Positions 27,450 through 40,600 of a stretch of 64,000 nucleotides of DNA are shown here, piece after piece. The stretch comes from the human T2T-CHM13v2.0 reference genome, Homo sapiens. The stretch lies in the NCBI RefSeq assembly GCF_009914755.1, contig NC_060931.1; one strand, 5' to 3'. Each line of letters begins with the position of its first letter. Position 1 is the stretch's first letter. The notes under the pieces are model-generated. The model had not been told where the DNA came from. It made no database searches and saw only the letters and a list, made by a program, of their open reading frames with translations. Position numbers and translations under genes: made by a program.

Positions 27450-28920
27450 TGAATTTACTCTTCGTACAATTTTTTAATTTTTCTTTTTTTAAAGATCCCT
27501 TTATTTCTGATTTGGAAGACAAGCATTAATTTTTGTTTCTAACCCATTATATGTTGATTGGGAATTTTAACTACCTATATGTTTTGACTTCTGACATTAA
27601 AAAAATACATTTCTTTAATTTTGAAATACACAAATTTAGTGATATTTTCTTTTTTAATTTCTGTATTTTTTGTGTGTTTTAAAAGCCTCCTCTATAGCTA
27701 TGCTATAAAGATCTATCTACTACATCATTTTCTAAAAGCTTTAACTTTTTACTTTGTATATTGTCACTTTAAAACAGTTGGAATTTCTATGTATGGCATT
27801 TGATGGAGTTTTTGGAGTCTTCTCTTTAAATAATTCTATTGTTTCCAAATCATGAGAGCTCTCCTTTTTTGCTTTCCAATACTCAACCCTTTTCATTTCT
27901 TTTTCTTGTTTCACTTTACTGTCTTTGACATGCCCCATCCCTCCATGCACAATGTTTGAAGCTATTGGATGTTGGCCATTCTTGTTCCTAGTCTCAAAGA
28001 AAAAGCTTTTAGGGTGTTAACTTTGTGACTTAAGTTTGCAGAACTATTTTTATAGGTACGTTTATCTGGTTAAGTGATTTCCTTTCCAGGGATTTTTAAA
28101 AAATATTACGAATGGAGGTGAAATGTATCAGATGATCTTTCAGCTTCCACTGAAAGATGATCATATGATTATTCAATTTCTAATCTGCTAATTAGGGCTC
28201 TTGCCCACTCAACAGTTCATTTGGTGGACCCAGTGTAGCCATGCGTTATTGTCGTCTTTGTTGTTATTATTTTTAATATTGCTGAATTTTGTTTGTTAAT
28301 ATTCAAGTACTGTGGGGTTTTGATATAAAATGTTTTCTACATTTTATTTTTTCTTCTTCTATTTATTTGAAAGTTATATTCTCTGATTCTGTTCTTAAAG
28401 TAGGTACCATGAAATACATAAAATGCAAAGTTACCCTGACAAAGTCTAAGGGTGTTTAATATCTTTATCCTTAAGTGTCTAGATAATGCAAGCGCCTTAC
28501 AGTATCTGAACTTCTGAACTCTTTCTAGTCACTTCTTCGCCACTGTTGCCATTTACACAAATTTAAATGATACCATGTTTTTAACCTCACACAAACTAGT
28601 ACTATTACTGTTGCCTCATACAGGTTCAAATTCACCTGGATTGTTTCATATGTTGGCTACTTTATTTGTTCCTTACTTTCTCTTGTGCCCCAAGCCTCCT
28701 ATTTAGGGTTACCTTGCTCTGCCTTAGGTCCATCCTTTAAAATTTTCTTTAATGAGAATCTGCAAGTCAAACCTTCTCAATATTTGTTTGTCTAAAAGAC
28801 TATTTGCTCTCATTCTTGGGAGATGGCTTGGCAGTCATTTTCCATCAGCACTGTGGAGATGCTCCAGTGGTTACTCTTTCTTCTAAAGTCTGCTCAGGTG
28901 AGCTCTCCTTCCTTTAATGA
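27450..28920 (-). mobile_element. Ancient L1ME/HAL1 remnant (continues at 33555-34570)
   Basis: Decayed antisense L1 motifs; the sequence reads continuously across the 28921/33540 duplicated site. Confidence 0.5.
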
Positions 28921-28935
28921 TAATTTAAATTTTCT

Positions 28936-31900
28936 TTTATTACATTGAGGTATGTTCCCTGTATGCTGATTTTGCTGAGAGTTTTCATCATAAAGAGATG
29001 CTGGATTTTGTTGAATGCTTTTTCTGCATCTATTGAGATGATCATGTGGTTCATCTATTAAGATGATCATGTGGTTTTTGTTTTTAATTCTGTTTATGTG
29101 GTGTATCACATTTACTGACTTGCATATGTTAAACCGTAACTGCATCCCCGGTATGAAACCCACTCAACCATGTTGGATTATCATTTTTTTATGTTTTTGG
29201 ATTCAGTTAGCTAGATTTTGTTAAGGATTTTTGCATCTGTGTTCATCAGGGATATTGGTCTGCAGTTTTGTTTTTTGATTATGTCCTTTCTTTTGGTATT
29301 AGAGTGATGCTGGTGTTATAGAATTAGACCAGCATTCCCTCTTTCTCTATCTTGTGGAATAGTGTTAGTAGCATTGATACCAATTCTTCTTTGAATGTCT
29401 GGTAGAATTCTGCTGTGAATCTGTCTGATCCTGGACTTTTTTTTGTTGCTGGCAATTTTTTTATTACCATTTCAATCTCGCTGCTTGTTTTTGGTCTGTT
29501 CAGGGTATATAATTCTTCCTGATTTAAGCTAGGAGGGTGGTATCTTTCCAGAAATTTATTCCTCTCCTCTAAGGTTTCTAGTTTATGCATGTAAAGGTGT
29601 TGGTAGTAGCCTGAATAATCTTTTGTATTTCTGTGGTGTCAGCTGTAATATCTCTGGTTTCATTTCTAATTGAGCTTATTTGGATTTTCTATCTTCTTTT
29701 CTTGGTTAATATTGATAATGGTCTAGCAGTCATTTTTATTTATCTTTTCAAAGAACCAGCTTTTTGTTTCATTTATCTCTTTTATTTTTTTAAATTAAAT
29801 TTCATTTAGTTCTGCTCTGATTTTGGTTATTTCCTTTCTTCTGCTGGGTTTGGGTTTGGTTTGTTCTTGCTTCTCTAGTTCCTTGAAAGGCGACTTTAGA
29901 TTGTCTGTTTGTGCTCTTTCAGATGTTTTGATCTAGGTGTTTAAGGCTACGAACTTTCCTCTTAGCACCACCACAGCCAACATAATACTAAATGGGGAAA
30001 AGCTGACAGCATTCCTTCTGAGAACAGGAATAAGACAAGGATTCCTACTCTCACCACTTCTCTTCAGCATAGTACTGGAAGTCCTAGCCAGGGCCATCAG
30101 ACAAGATAAATAAATAAAGGGCAACCAAATGGGTAAAGGGGAAGTCAAACTGTTGCTGTTTGCTGATGATATGACTGTTTACATAGAAAATCCTGAAGTC
30201 TCCCCCAGAAAGCTCCTAGAACTGATAAAAGAATTCAGCAAAGTTTCCAGATACAAAATTAATGTACAGAAATCAGTAGCTCTTCTATATACCAACAGCG
30301 ACCAAGCAAAGAATCAAATCAAGAACTCAACCCATTTAACAAAAGCTGTAAAAAAAAATGCTTAGGAATATACCTAACCAAGGAGTCAAAAGACCTCTAC
30401 AAAGAAAACTACAAAATGTTGCTGATAGAAATCATAGGTGACACAAACAAATAGAAACACATCCCATGCTCATGGATGGGTAGAATCAATATTGTAAAAA
30501 TGACCATACTGCCAACAGGGATCTACAAATTCAACACAATTCCCGTCAAAATACCACCGTCATTCATCAAAGAACTAGAAAAAAACCATCCTAAAATTCA
30601 TATGTAACAACAACAACAACAACAAAAGCCCACATAGCCAAAGCAAGACTAAGCAAAAAGAACAAATCTGGAGGCATTACATTACCTGATTTCAAACTAT
30701 ATCATAAGACCATAGTCACCCAAACATCATGGTACTGGTATAAAAATAGGCATATAGACAAATGGAACAGAATAGAGTACCCAGAAATAAACCCAAATAA
30801 TTACAGCAAACTGATCTTCAACAAAGCAAACAAAAACATAAAGTGAGGAAAGGACACCCTTTTCAACAAATGGTGCTGGGATAATTGAGTAGCCACATAT
30901 AGGAGAATGAAACTGGATCCTCATCTCTCACCTTATACAAAAATCAACTTAAGATGGATCAAGGACTTAAATCTAAGATCTGAAACTATAAATATTCTAG
31001 AAGATAACATTGGAAAAACCCTTCTAGACATTGGCTTAGGCAAGAATTTCATGACCAAGAACCCAAAAACATATGCAATAAAAACAAAGATAAATAGCTG
31101 GGACTTAATTAAAGAGCTTTTGCATGGCAAAAGGAATAGTCAGCAGGGCAAACAGATATCCCATAGAGTGGGAGAAAATCTTCACAATCTATACATCTGG
31201 AAAAGGACTAATATCTGGAATCTACAATGAACTCAAACAAATTAGCAAGAAAGAAACAACAATCCCATCAAAAAGTGGGCTAAGGACATGAATAGGCAAT
31301 TCCCAAAAGAAGATATACAAATGGTCAACAAACATATGAAAAAATGCTTAACATCACGAATGATCAGGGAAATGCTAATCAAAACCACAGTGCAATACCA
31401 ACTTACTCCTGCAAGAATGGCCATAAACAAAACATAAAAAAAAATAGGTGTTAGTGTGGATGGGGTGAACAGGGAACACTTCTACACTGCTGGTGGAAAT
31501 GTAAACTAATATAGCCACTGTGGGAAACAGTGTAGATTCCTTAATGAACTAAAAGTAGAACTACCATTTGACTCAGCAATCCCACTACTGGCTATCTACC
31601 AGGAAGAAAAGAAGTCATTATACAAAAAAGATACTTGTACACGCATGTTTATAGAAGCACAATTTGCAATTGCAAAAAAAGTGGAACCAACTCAAATTCC
31701 TATCAATCAATGAGCAGATAAAGAAACTGTGGTGTGTGTGTATATATATATATATATATGTATATGATGAAATACTACTCAGCCGTAAAAAGGAATGAAT
31801 TAATGGCACTTGCAGCGACATGGATGAGATTGGAGACTATTCTAAGTGATGTAACTCAGGAATGGAAAACTAAACATTATATGTTCTCACTCATAAGTGG

Positions 31901-32166
31901 GAGCTAAGCTATGAGGATATAAAAGCATAAGAATGACACAATGGACTCGGGACCCAGGGGCAAAGGGTGGGAAGAGGGTGAGGGATAAAAGACTACAAAT
32001 TATGTGCAATGTATACTGCTAGGGTAATGGGTGCACCAAAATCTCACAGATCACCACTAAAGAACTTACTGATGTAAGAAACACCATCTGTTCCCCAATA
32101 ACCTATGGAAATAAAATTTAAAAAAAATAAAATTTAATTTAAAAACAAAACAAAAACAAAAAGAAA
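28936..32166 (+). mobile_element. L1PB1 with 5' inversion (28936-~29968 antisense)
   Basis: 3'UTR gggagctaagctatgagg...aataacctatggaaataaaa. ORF2 RT remnants (ORF track [21 protein letters not shown]). Strand switch at ~29969. TSD taaattttct. Confidence 0.9.
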
Positions 32167-32176
32167 TAAATTTTCT

Positions 32177-33540
32177 ATTCTTTTATTTTTTAACTTTTAA
32201 GTTCAGAGATACAAGTGCAGTTTTGTTACATATTTAAACTGTGTTATGGGGGTTTGTTGTACAGATTATTTCATCATCCTTGTATTAAGCCTAGTACCCA
32301 TTAGTTGTTTTTCCTGATTCTGTCCCTCTTCCCAAACTCCACCCACTGAAAGGCCCCAGTGTGTGTTGTTCCCCTCTATGTGTCAGTGTGTTCTCATCAT
32401 TTAGCTCTCACTTATAGATGAGAACACGTAGTATTTGGTTTTCTTTTCCTGTGTCAGTTTGCTAAGGATAATGGCCTCCAGCTCCATCTATGTGCCTGCA
32501 AAAGACATGATCTCATTCTTTTTGATGGCTACATAGTATTCCATGGTGTATATGGACCATATTTTCTTTATCCAATCTATCATTGACAGACATTCAGGTT
32601 GATTCTATGTCTTTGCTATCGTGAATAGTGTTATAGTGAACATATGCATGCATGTGTCTTTATAATAGAATGATTTATATTCCCTTGGGTATACATCCAG
32701 TAATGGAATTGCTAGGTCTAATGGTATTTCTGTCTTTAAGTCTTAGAGTAATCACCACATTGTCTTCCACAATGGCTGAACTAACTTACACTCCCACCAA
32801 GAGTGTATAAGCATTCCTTTTTCTACACAACCTTGCCAGCATCTGTTATTGTTTGAATTTTTAATAATTGTCATTCTGACTGGTGTGAGATGGTATCTCA
32901 TTGTGGTTTTGATTTGCATTTCTCTAATGATCAGTGATGTTGAGCTTTTTTATATGATTGTTGGCTGCATGTACGTCTTCTTTTGAAAAGTGTATGTTCA
33001 TGTCCTTTGCCCAGTTTTTCCTGGGGTTGTTTGCTTTTTTCTTGTAAATTTGTTAAAGTTCCTCATAGATGATGGATATTAGACCTTCATTGGATGCGTA
33101 GTTTGCAAAAATTTTCTCCCTTTTTGTAGGTTGTCTGCTTACTCTACTGATAGTTTCTTTTGCTGGGCAGAAGCTCTTTATTTTAATTAGATCCCATTTG
33201 TCAATTTTTGCTTTTGTTGCAATTGTTTTTAGCGTCTTCATAATGAAATCTTTACCTGTGCCTATGTCCTGAATGGTATTGCCCAGATTGTATTCCAGGG
33301 TTTTTATGGTTTTGGGTTTTACATTGAAGTCTTTAACCCATCTTGAGTTAATTTTTATGTATTGTGTAAGGAAGGGGTCCAGTTTCAATCTTCTGCATAT
33401 GGCTAGCCAGTTATCCCACCACCATTTATTGAATAGGGAATCCTTTCCCTATTGCTTTTTTTTTGTCAGGTTTGTCAAAGATCAGATAGCTGTACATGTG
33501 TGGTCTTATTTCTGGGTTCTCTATTTCGTTTCATTGGTCT
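32177..33540 (-). mobile_element. L1PA13-like 5'-truncated LINE-1
   Basis: aaggccccagtgtgtgttgttcccctctatgtgtc 3'UTR; ORF2 C-terminal remnant (ORF track 33053-33388). Confidence 0.85.
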
Positions 33541-33589
33541 AATTTAAATTTTCTGTGGATGCTTTTTAGATTTTGTCTTTTTTTAAATA

Positions 33590-33671
33590 TTTTCACTGGG
33601 ATGTATTTTCACTTCTTCACCTCTGTAAATGGCAACAGAGGTGAAGAAGTGAAAATACATCCCAGTGAAAA
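33590..33671. repeat. Perfect inverted repeat, 37-bp arms, 8-nt spacer
   Basis: ttttcactgggatgtattttcacttcttcacctctgt-aaatggca-acagaggtgaagaagtgaaaatacatcccagtgaaaa. Confidence 0.98.
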
Positions 33672-35409
33672 ATATATCCTGTCCTTATTTGGGATTTGAT
33701 GGGCTACTTGAATTCTTGAGAATTCTCCATCACTGTCATTATCCATTCAATCATTACTGCCTTCACTCAGTCCATCTTTCCTCTTTCCTGGATTTATGAT
33801 TAAGCTCATTTTAACCTTATATATCCTCCCCGCCCCTTGGATTTTCTTTGTTTTTTCTTTTTCTCTCTTATTTTTGTTCTCTCCAATATCTTCCTCCTGA
33901 ATAGACTTGCATTTACTTTTCTTCATTACCTGAGAGCAATGCCAGGGTGGGGCATTTAAAATTAACTTCATAGATTGAAAGTGTTTTCTTTTCGTCTGCC
34001 TTTTTTCTTTTTGGCCACCACAAGCAATGGGATTTGGGGCTACAGATCATGTGAGAGCCTCCTTTTGGTTATAATTCCTTAGTAAGTCCCCTTCCCAACA
34101 GACACACACTCAGCCTCTCTCACACACACAGGCACACACACCCCACATAAATACACTGTTCTGCTCAGGCCCAGGGAAAGCTGATCTGCAGATCACAGGA
34201 TCATCTGGGATGAGGGGAGGTATTCTTTTCCTTAACTAAAAGGTGAGTCCCTTTGTGGATTCAGCTAAAAGAGTGGATTTCCCATTTGGGGTAGGTCTTG
34301 GATTTTGATATCAGCCAGCCTCCTCTGTGAGGTGTCTGGCATGGAATTCAAGATTTTCAGAATAGTCAAAGGTCTTCAAGTCAAAGCTAGCTTTACTGCT
34401 TTCTTACCTCCTTTGATTCCTACTTTCTTTAGAAATGACCCAATAATTTCTTGCTATCTCATAGTCTCTTTGATGTCTTGATGATGTCTCTACATCTGAT
34501 CAGCATTTTTAGTTATTTTCAGTGGCAAACTTGGTCTGAATAACTTATCAGATTTTTGGAAATGGAAATATTATGCCCTACTTTGAACTTTTTAATCATT
34601 GTCTATAGTAGTGTTTGAAAATGAAAGTGAATTGTATTTTCTTTTGGCTAAGAAGAAAGTTTGCCTTAAAGTTTGATTTCTGATGTATTTGGAGCTACCT
34701 CTGCCACCTTTGTTTTGGACACAAATCCATCACGCTTTCAAGATCTAGTAAGGTCACCCTAGGAAGATTAGCATGCATTAATTGAGCAAAAATTTATTGA
34801 GTTACAACTATAAGCATGGCATTATATTAGCACTAGGTGACATTGGCAGTTTTATAAAAAAAGGATGTGACTTTAACCAAGGACAGGTGATGTTTATTTA
34901 AGAGAACTGTTCCAAAATGAGATTTTAAAACTATCTCAGCAAAGGGTGACAGTAAAGGATAAAGAAAAAATTATGCCAAGCCTTATTATAGAGGCTTTTC
35001 ACATGGAATCTACATTTTCACACTAGCACTGAAAAGTGTATGTGATTATTCTCTTTTGCAGTATTATTTTTAATTGACACATAATAATTGTAAACATTTA
35101 TGGGGTAGTGTGATATGCCAATACATACGTACAATTCGTAATGATCAAATCAGGAAAATTAGCAAATCCATACCTTCAAACATTTATTATTTCTTTATAT
35201 TGAAAATATGCAAAATCCTCTCCCTAGCTATTTGAAAATATACAATAAATTGTTGTTAACTACAGCTGATCATTAAACAACACAGGTGTTAGTGATATTG
35301 ACACCCACATGCTCAAAAATCCACATCTAACTTTTGACTCCCTTAAAACTTAACTAATAGCCTACTGTTTACTGGAAGCCCTACCAACAACACAAATAGT
35401 TGATTAACA

Positions 35410-35611
35410 CAGCAATCCCCAACCTTTTTGGCACCAGGCACCAGTTTTGTGGAAGACAATTTTTCCATGGCCTGGGGAGGGGGTGGTTTGGGGATGATTC
35501 AAGAGCATTACATTTATTGTGCACTTTATTTCTATTATTATTACATGGTAATATATAATGTAATAATTATACAACTCACCATAATGTAGAATTGGTGGAA
35601 GCCCTGAGCTT

Positions 35612-35653
<42 letters not shown>

Positions 35654-35987
35654 AACTAGATGGTCCCATCTGGGGGTGATGGGAGACAGTGACAGATTAT
35701 CAGGCATTAGATTCTCATAAGGAGCATGCAACCTAGATCCGTTGTATGCACAGTTCACAATAGGGTTCATGTTCCTATGAGAAATTAATGCCACTGCTGG
35801 TTTTACAGGAGGTGGAGCTCAGGCAGTAATGCAAGTGATGGAGAGTGGCTATAAATACTGATGAAGTGGCTATAAATAAAGACGAAGGTTTGCTCACTTG
35901 CCTGCCACTTACCACCTGTTGTGTGGCCCAGTTCCTAACAGGCCACAGACCAGTACTGGTCTGTGACCTGGAGATTGAGGACCCCTA
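35410..35987 (+). mobile_element. MER1A hAT-Charlie transposon
   Basis: cagcaatccccaacctttttggcacc...gaggacccct; degenerate 8-bp TSD gattaaca/gattgatg. Confidence 0.9.
35613..35651. repeat. T39 homopolymer inside MER1A
   Basis: Direct count. Confidence 0.95.
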
Positions 35988-38900
35988 GATTGATGCATAT
36001 TTTGTATGTTATATGTATTCTCATATACTGTATTCTTATAAGGAAATAAGCTAGAGAAAAAAATTATTAAAAAGCATTAGGAAGAGAAAATATATTTACT
36101 ATTTATTAAGTGGAAGTGGGTCATCACAAAGGTTTTTATCTTCATTATCTTCACACTGAGTAGGCTGAGAAGGAAAAGGAAGAGGGGGGGTTGGTTTTGC
36201 TGTCTCAGGGGTGGCAGAGGCAGAAGAAAATCCACGTCATTGGACCTGTGTAGTTCAAAACTGTGTTCTTCAAGGGTCAACTGTACAGTGCTATAGAGCA
36301 CTAGAACTTAGTCCTCTTATCTCTTATTCCTCTGATCTAGTGTACTTTTTGATCTGTTAACAAACTTCTACCTGTACTCTCCTAACCTGTCCCCCAGATT
36401 CTGCTAACCACTAATCCACTCTCTACTTCTACAAGGATGACTTTTGTAGCTTCTGCAAATGAGTGAAAACATGTGGTATTAATCTTTCTCTGCCTGGCTT
36501 ATTTCACTTAACATAATATTCTCCAGACTCATGTATGTTGCCATGAATGACAAAATTTCGTTCTTTTTATGGCCAAATAGTATTTCATTGTTTATACCAC
36601 ATTTTCTTCATTAATTCATTGTTGATAGACACTTAGGTTGAGTCCGTATCTTGACTATTGTGAATAATGCTGCAATGAACATGGGAGTGCCGCTATCTCT
36701 TTGACATACTCAGTTTCTTGCCTTCAAATATATACGCGCAGTAGTAGAATTGCTGACAGATATGGTAGTTCTATTTTTAATCTTTTGAGGAACCTCCATA
36801 CTGTTTTACATAATGCCTGTACTAATTATATCCCTATTAACAGTGTATAAGAGTTCCCCTTTCTTTATATCCTCATTAGTATTTTAATTTTTTGTTTTTT
36901 TATGATAGCCATTCTAACCAGGTGGAGATGATATTTCATTATGGTTTTAATTTGCAATTCCCAGATGATTAGTTATGCTGAGTATTTTTTCATATACTTG
37001 CTGGCCATTTGTATGTCTTTCTTTGACAAATGTCTATTCCGACCATTTTTCCATTTTTAAAATTTAATTATTTATTTTTTGTTGTTGTTGAGGTGTTTGA
37101 GTTTCTTGTATTTTTAAATATTATTCCCCTGTCAGATGAATACTTTGAAAATATTTTCTCCCATTCTGCAGGTTTTGTCTTCACTCTTGATTATTCTCTT
37201 TGCTGTGTTGAAGCTTTTTAGTATGATATAATCTCACTTGTCTATTTTTATGTTTGTTGCCTGTACTTTTGAGGTCTTTTCCATAAACTTTTTGCCTAGA
37301 TTAATGTCCTGAAGCATTTCCCCTATGTTTTCTTCCACTTGCTTCATAGTTTCATGTCTTACATTCAATTGTTTAATCCATTTTGTGTTAATTTTTATAT
37401 ATGGTGAGAGACAGTAGCCTAGTTCTATTCTTCTGTATACAGATATCCAGCTTTCAGTATAATTTATTGAAGAGGCTAACTTTTCTCCAATAAATGTTTT
37501 GGCACCTTTGTTGAAAATCAGTTGGCTGTAAATGCATGGATTTTTTTCTGGATTCTCTAGTTTGTTCCATTTGTCTGTCTTTTTTTACACCAGTGTCATG
37601 CTATTTTGGTTAATATAGCTTTGTAGTATATTCTGAAGTCAGGTGGTGTGATGCCTAGAGCTTTGTTCTTTTTTTGCTTAGGAATGCTTTGGCTACTCAG
37701 GGTCTTATCAATACAAATTTTGGCTTATTTTTTCTATTTTTATGGAGAATATTATTGGTATTTTGATAGAGATTACATTGACTCCATAGATTTCTTTTAG
37801 TGCTATGGTCATTTTTTCACAATATTAATTCTTCCAATCAATGAACATGGGATGTTTTTGCATTTTTTGGTGTCCTCTTCAATTTTTTTTTATCAGTGTT
37901 TTATAGTTTTTCTTGTAGAGGTTTTTCATCTCCTTGGATAAATATATTTCTAGGGTTTTTTTTTTTGTAGCTATTGCAAACAGGACTGCTTTCTTGATTT
38001 ATTTTTTAGTTAGTTTGCCATTGGTGTTTAGAAATGCTACTGATTGATTTGTGTTGATTTTGTATCCTTATGATATCTATCTCTTTGTTGAATTTTTATT
38101 TAAATCATAAATTGTTTTTCTGATTCTGTTGAATTGCTTATCTGTATTATCTAATATATTTTTGAGTTTCCTTAAGAGCATTATTTTAAATTTGTTTTTG
38201 GGCAATTTGTAAATTTCCTTTTCCTTGGGACTGTTACTGTAGAATTACTGTATTTCTTTGGAGGTGTCATGTTTCTTCCATTTTCATGTTTCTTGTATTC
38301 TTACACTGAGATCTGTGCATCTGGGGGAACAGTTTTTTTCCCCGAATTTTTTAGAATAGCTTTTGTAGGGAAAGACATATTCCTGTAGATGGGCTCTAGG
38401 GTGTTAATTGGATAGGGTGTGTTGGCTTTTGTTCTGGGTGTACCCAGTAGTATAGTTTAGTTTTGTCAGCTATAATCCATGTTAGCAATGTTTGCAAGCA
38501 CCTTAGTGGCCTAGGTTACAGGAGTTTGTGGAGGTGGTGTTTTAGCTTAGCTTGGGATAAGCTTGCCAGGCTGGTCTTCAGGCCAGGGGCACATGCCTGC
38601 ATGTGGTGGATCAGCAAACTTGGGGACTGGTTCATTGGGAGCAGGGCTGCCAAGCTGTTTCTCTGGCTGGAGGCATAGACATACAGTGGTTCAGCAGCTT
38701 GGGGGTTGAGCTGCCAGGGGTGGGTTCCTTGGCTCTTTCTTGCTAAGTGGCTTTTGTCTTAAATTGTTTGAAAAATGTAATTCAAAGTTGGATGGAAGCA
38801 GACTGGCTCCACTGGGCACCCAAGAGATTCAGACGGATCCAAATGAAGAGAATACAATTCTTATTCTCACTTTTTATGCGTGGAGATCAATAGATGTTAA

Positions 38901-39459
38901 TATTTTCAAGCTCATGCCTTTTGTCAGGGCAGATCCAGGAATCAAAGCTGGCTCCATTTTAGCCCAAAGGCTCTCTTAATTACCCTACAACATGCTGCCT
39001 CCGTTTACAAGCCCTTTCTCCTTCATAACATGTTTTCCCATACAATGTTCTGTGATCTTTGCAACATGCTCAAGGACTAGATATTGTTAGGAATTCCATT
39101 TTATAATTGGAAAGTGAGACTGAGAGAGGTAAATTATTGTTGTATGTCACAAAACTGTAAGTAGACATTCTGCATGCATAACGAGAATTTCCTGAGCTGT
39201 GTCGATGCATAAGAGGCTGTCTTGTTCCTGTACTGATTTCTAGAGCCATTTGAACCCTGAACCTCGAGGCACTACACCATGCATGGCTGTATCACCTGGA
39301 GCCTCCCGCATACCCTAAAGAGTTTATGAGATGCTTTGAGGGCCAGAGTCTAGCTAACCTCCTGAAGCAGGCATGAGAGGATATTTACACCAATGAGAAG
39401 TCTTTACACTTAAGAAGATCTATAGAGGGCCATGCAGTCCAAGTGTGGGATGCAGAGAC

Positions 39460-39690
39460 TAAATTTCAGTGGATCCAAGCCAGGCTCTGGGACCAAAGTA
39501 CCTGGGTGGAACTCCAGCTCTGGTACTTTCTGTCTGTGTGGTTTTGATGTGATATTTTATTCTTCTCTGCTCAATTTTCTCATTTTTATATTGGAGTAAT
39601 AATTGCCTACCTATTAAAAAATTGAATGTCAATCTGTGTAAACTTCTAAGAACACTGCTTAACGTGTGATAAATGACCAGCAGCTATAAA
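39460..39690 (+). mobile_element. MIR (further MIR fragments at ~39040-39170, 39770-39970, 41780-42080, 42570-42720, 44950-45095, 50630-50745)
   Basis: cctgggtggaactccagctct...ttttctcattttta...taataattgcctacct. Confidence 0.6.
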
Positions 39691-40129
39691 CTCTTTTGAT
39701 GCTAGAATTTATCAGTGGATATCTGGAACCCTGTGTTGAGAATGATTCTGACTGTGAGCTCAGCAATAAAAATGCTGGGAACAATTGTGATTCTTGCGCA
39801 ACATGCAGTTAATACTGGCCATTCGTGGACTAGTCAAGTTGTTTCTTTCACGGACAAGGAAGATGGGTCCAGGCAGAGAGATGACTGTCTCTTCTGGTAT
39901 GCTGCTACTCGATAGCAGAGGAGGGCCTAGTAACCCATCCTTTAGGTGATCCAGTTCAATAGTCTTTCATCTGCATTTCACAATTTGCTCTACCTGTGGC
40001 AGATCAATTACTGTCATGTGGCTCAGTGATCAACAGGATATCAGCATGAATTTGGGAAGCCTTCTTAAACTTACAAGATACATTTTATCATTTCTGATAA
40101 ACAGAGTTTGGGATGATGGCTTACAATCA

Positions 40130-40600
40130 TAGCTGAGACCATTTGCTGCTCCATAATTTCTATTTTTCCTTTTCTTCTCAATGAACATAATCCCCCATTT
40201 ATTTCAGGTAGCAATGTCTTAACTAAACAGCAACATTTTCTCACCTCTTCCAGCTGAGTGTGAGGGATGTCATTAGTTGGGGCTTTCAGGAACTTTTCTC
40301 AAAGGGCCTAACCTAGCTGGGACATGTAATATTTTGCCCTTACCTCTTCTTCCTATCTAAGATGTTGCTGAAATGGCTGAAGCTCCAGTAGCCATCTTGT
40401 ATTATGAGGCAGATTAGAAGATAAAAGCCACATTCTAAGGACAGAAGGTGCCAGTATATAGATGAAATTGTGGAGCTGGCCCACTAGCACTTGCCCTGGA
40501 CTTGCTGCCTCCAGACTTTGTTTATATGAGGAAGAAATTAATCTCTGAAAGTAATTATTTGGATTTTCTGTGTCTTAAAGCCGAATACAATTGTTACTGA
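40130..40600 (+). mobile_element. MLT1 (J/K-like) MaLR LTR
   Basis: atggctgaagctccagtagccatcttg...gcctccagacttt...aaagccgaa. Confidence 0.65.

Larger units (their letters stand above)
35263..36283 (-). mobile_element. Tigger2a (MER28) DNA transposon, split by MER1A
   Basis: TIRs cagctgatcattaaacaacac / gtgttcttcaagggtcaactg with TA flanks; internal tctcaggggtggcagaggcagaagaaaatcc. Confidence 0.9.
35065..38740 (-). mobile_element. L1MA (5/6-like) hosting Tigger2a; jumps from ORF2 to 5'/ORF1-like sequence at ~38070
   Basis: taattgacacataataattgta...aatgatcaaatcagg 3'UTR plus antisense ORF2 motifs. Confidence 0.8.

Noticed and set aside
35404-35794. Poly-lysine ORFs
   Set aside because: Translation of the T39 tract in MER1A
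35944-35965. 22-bp palindrome cacagaccagtactggtctgtg
   Set aside because: Intrinsic subterminal palindrome of MER1
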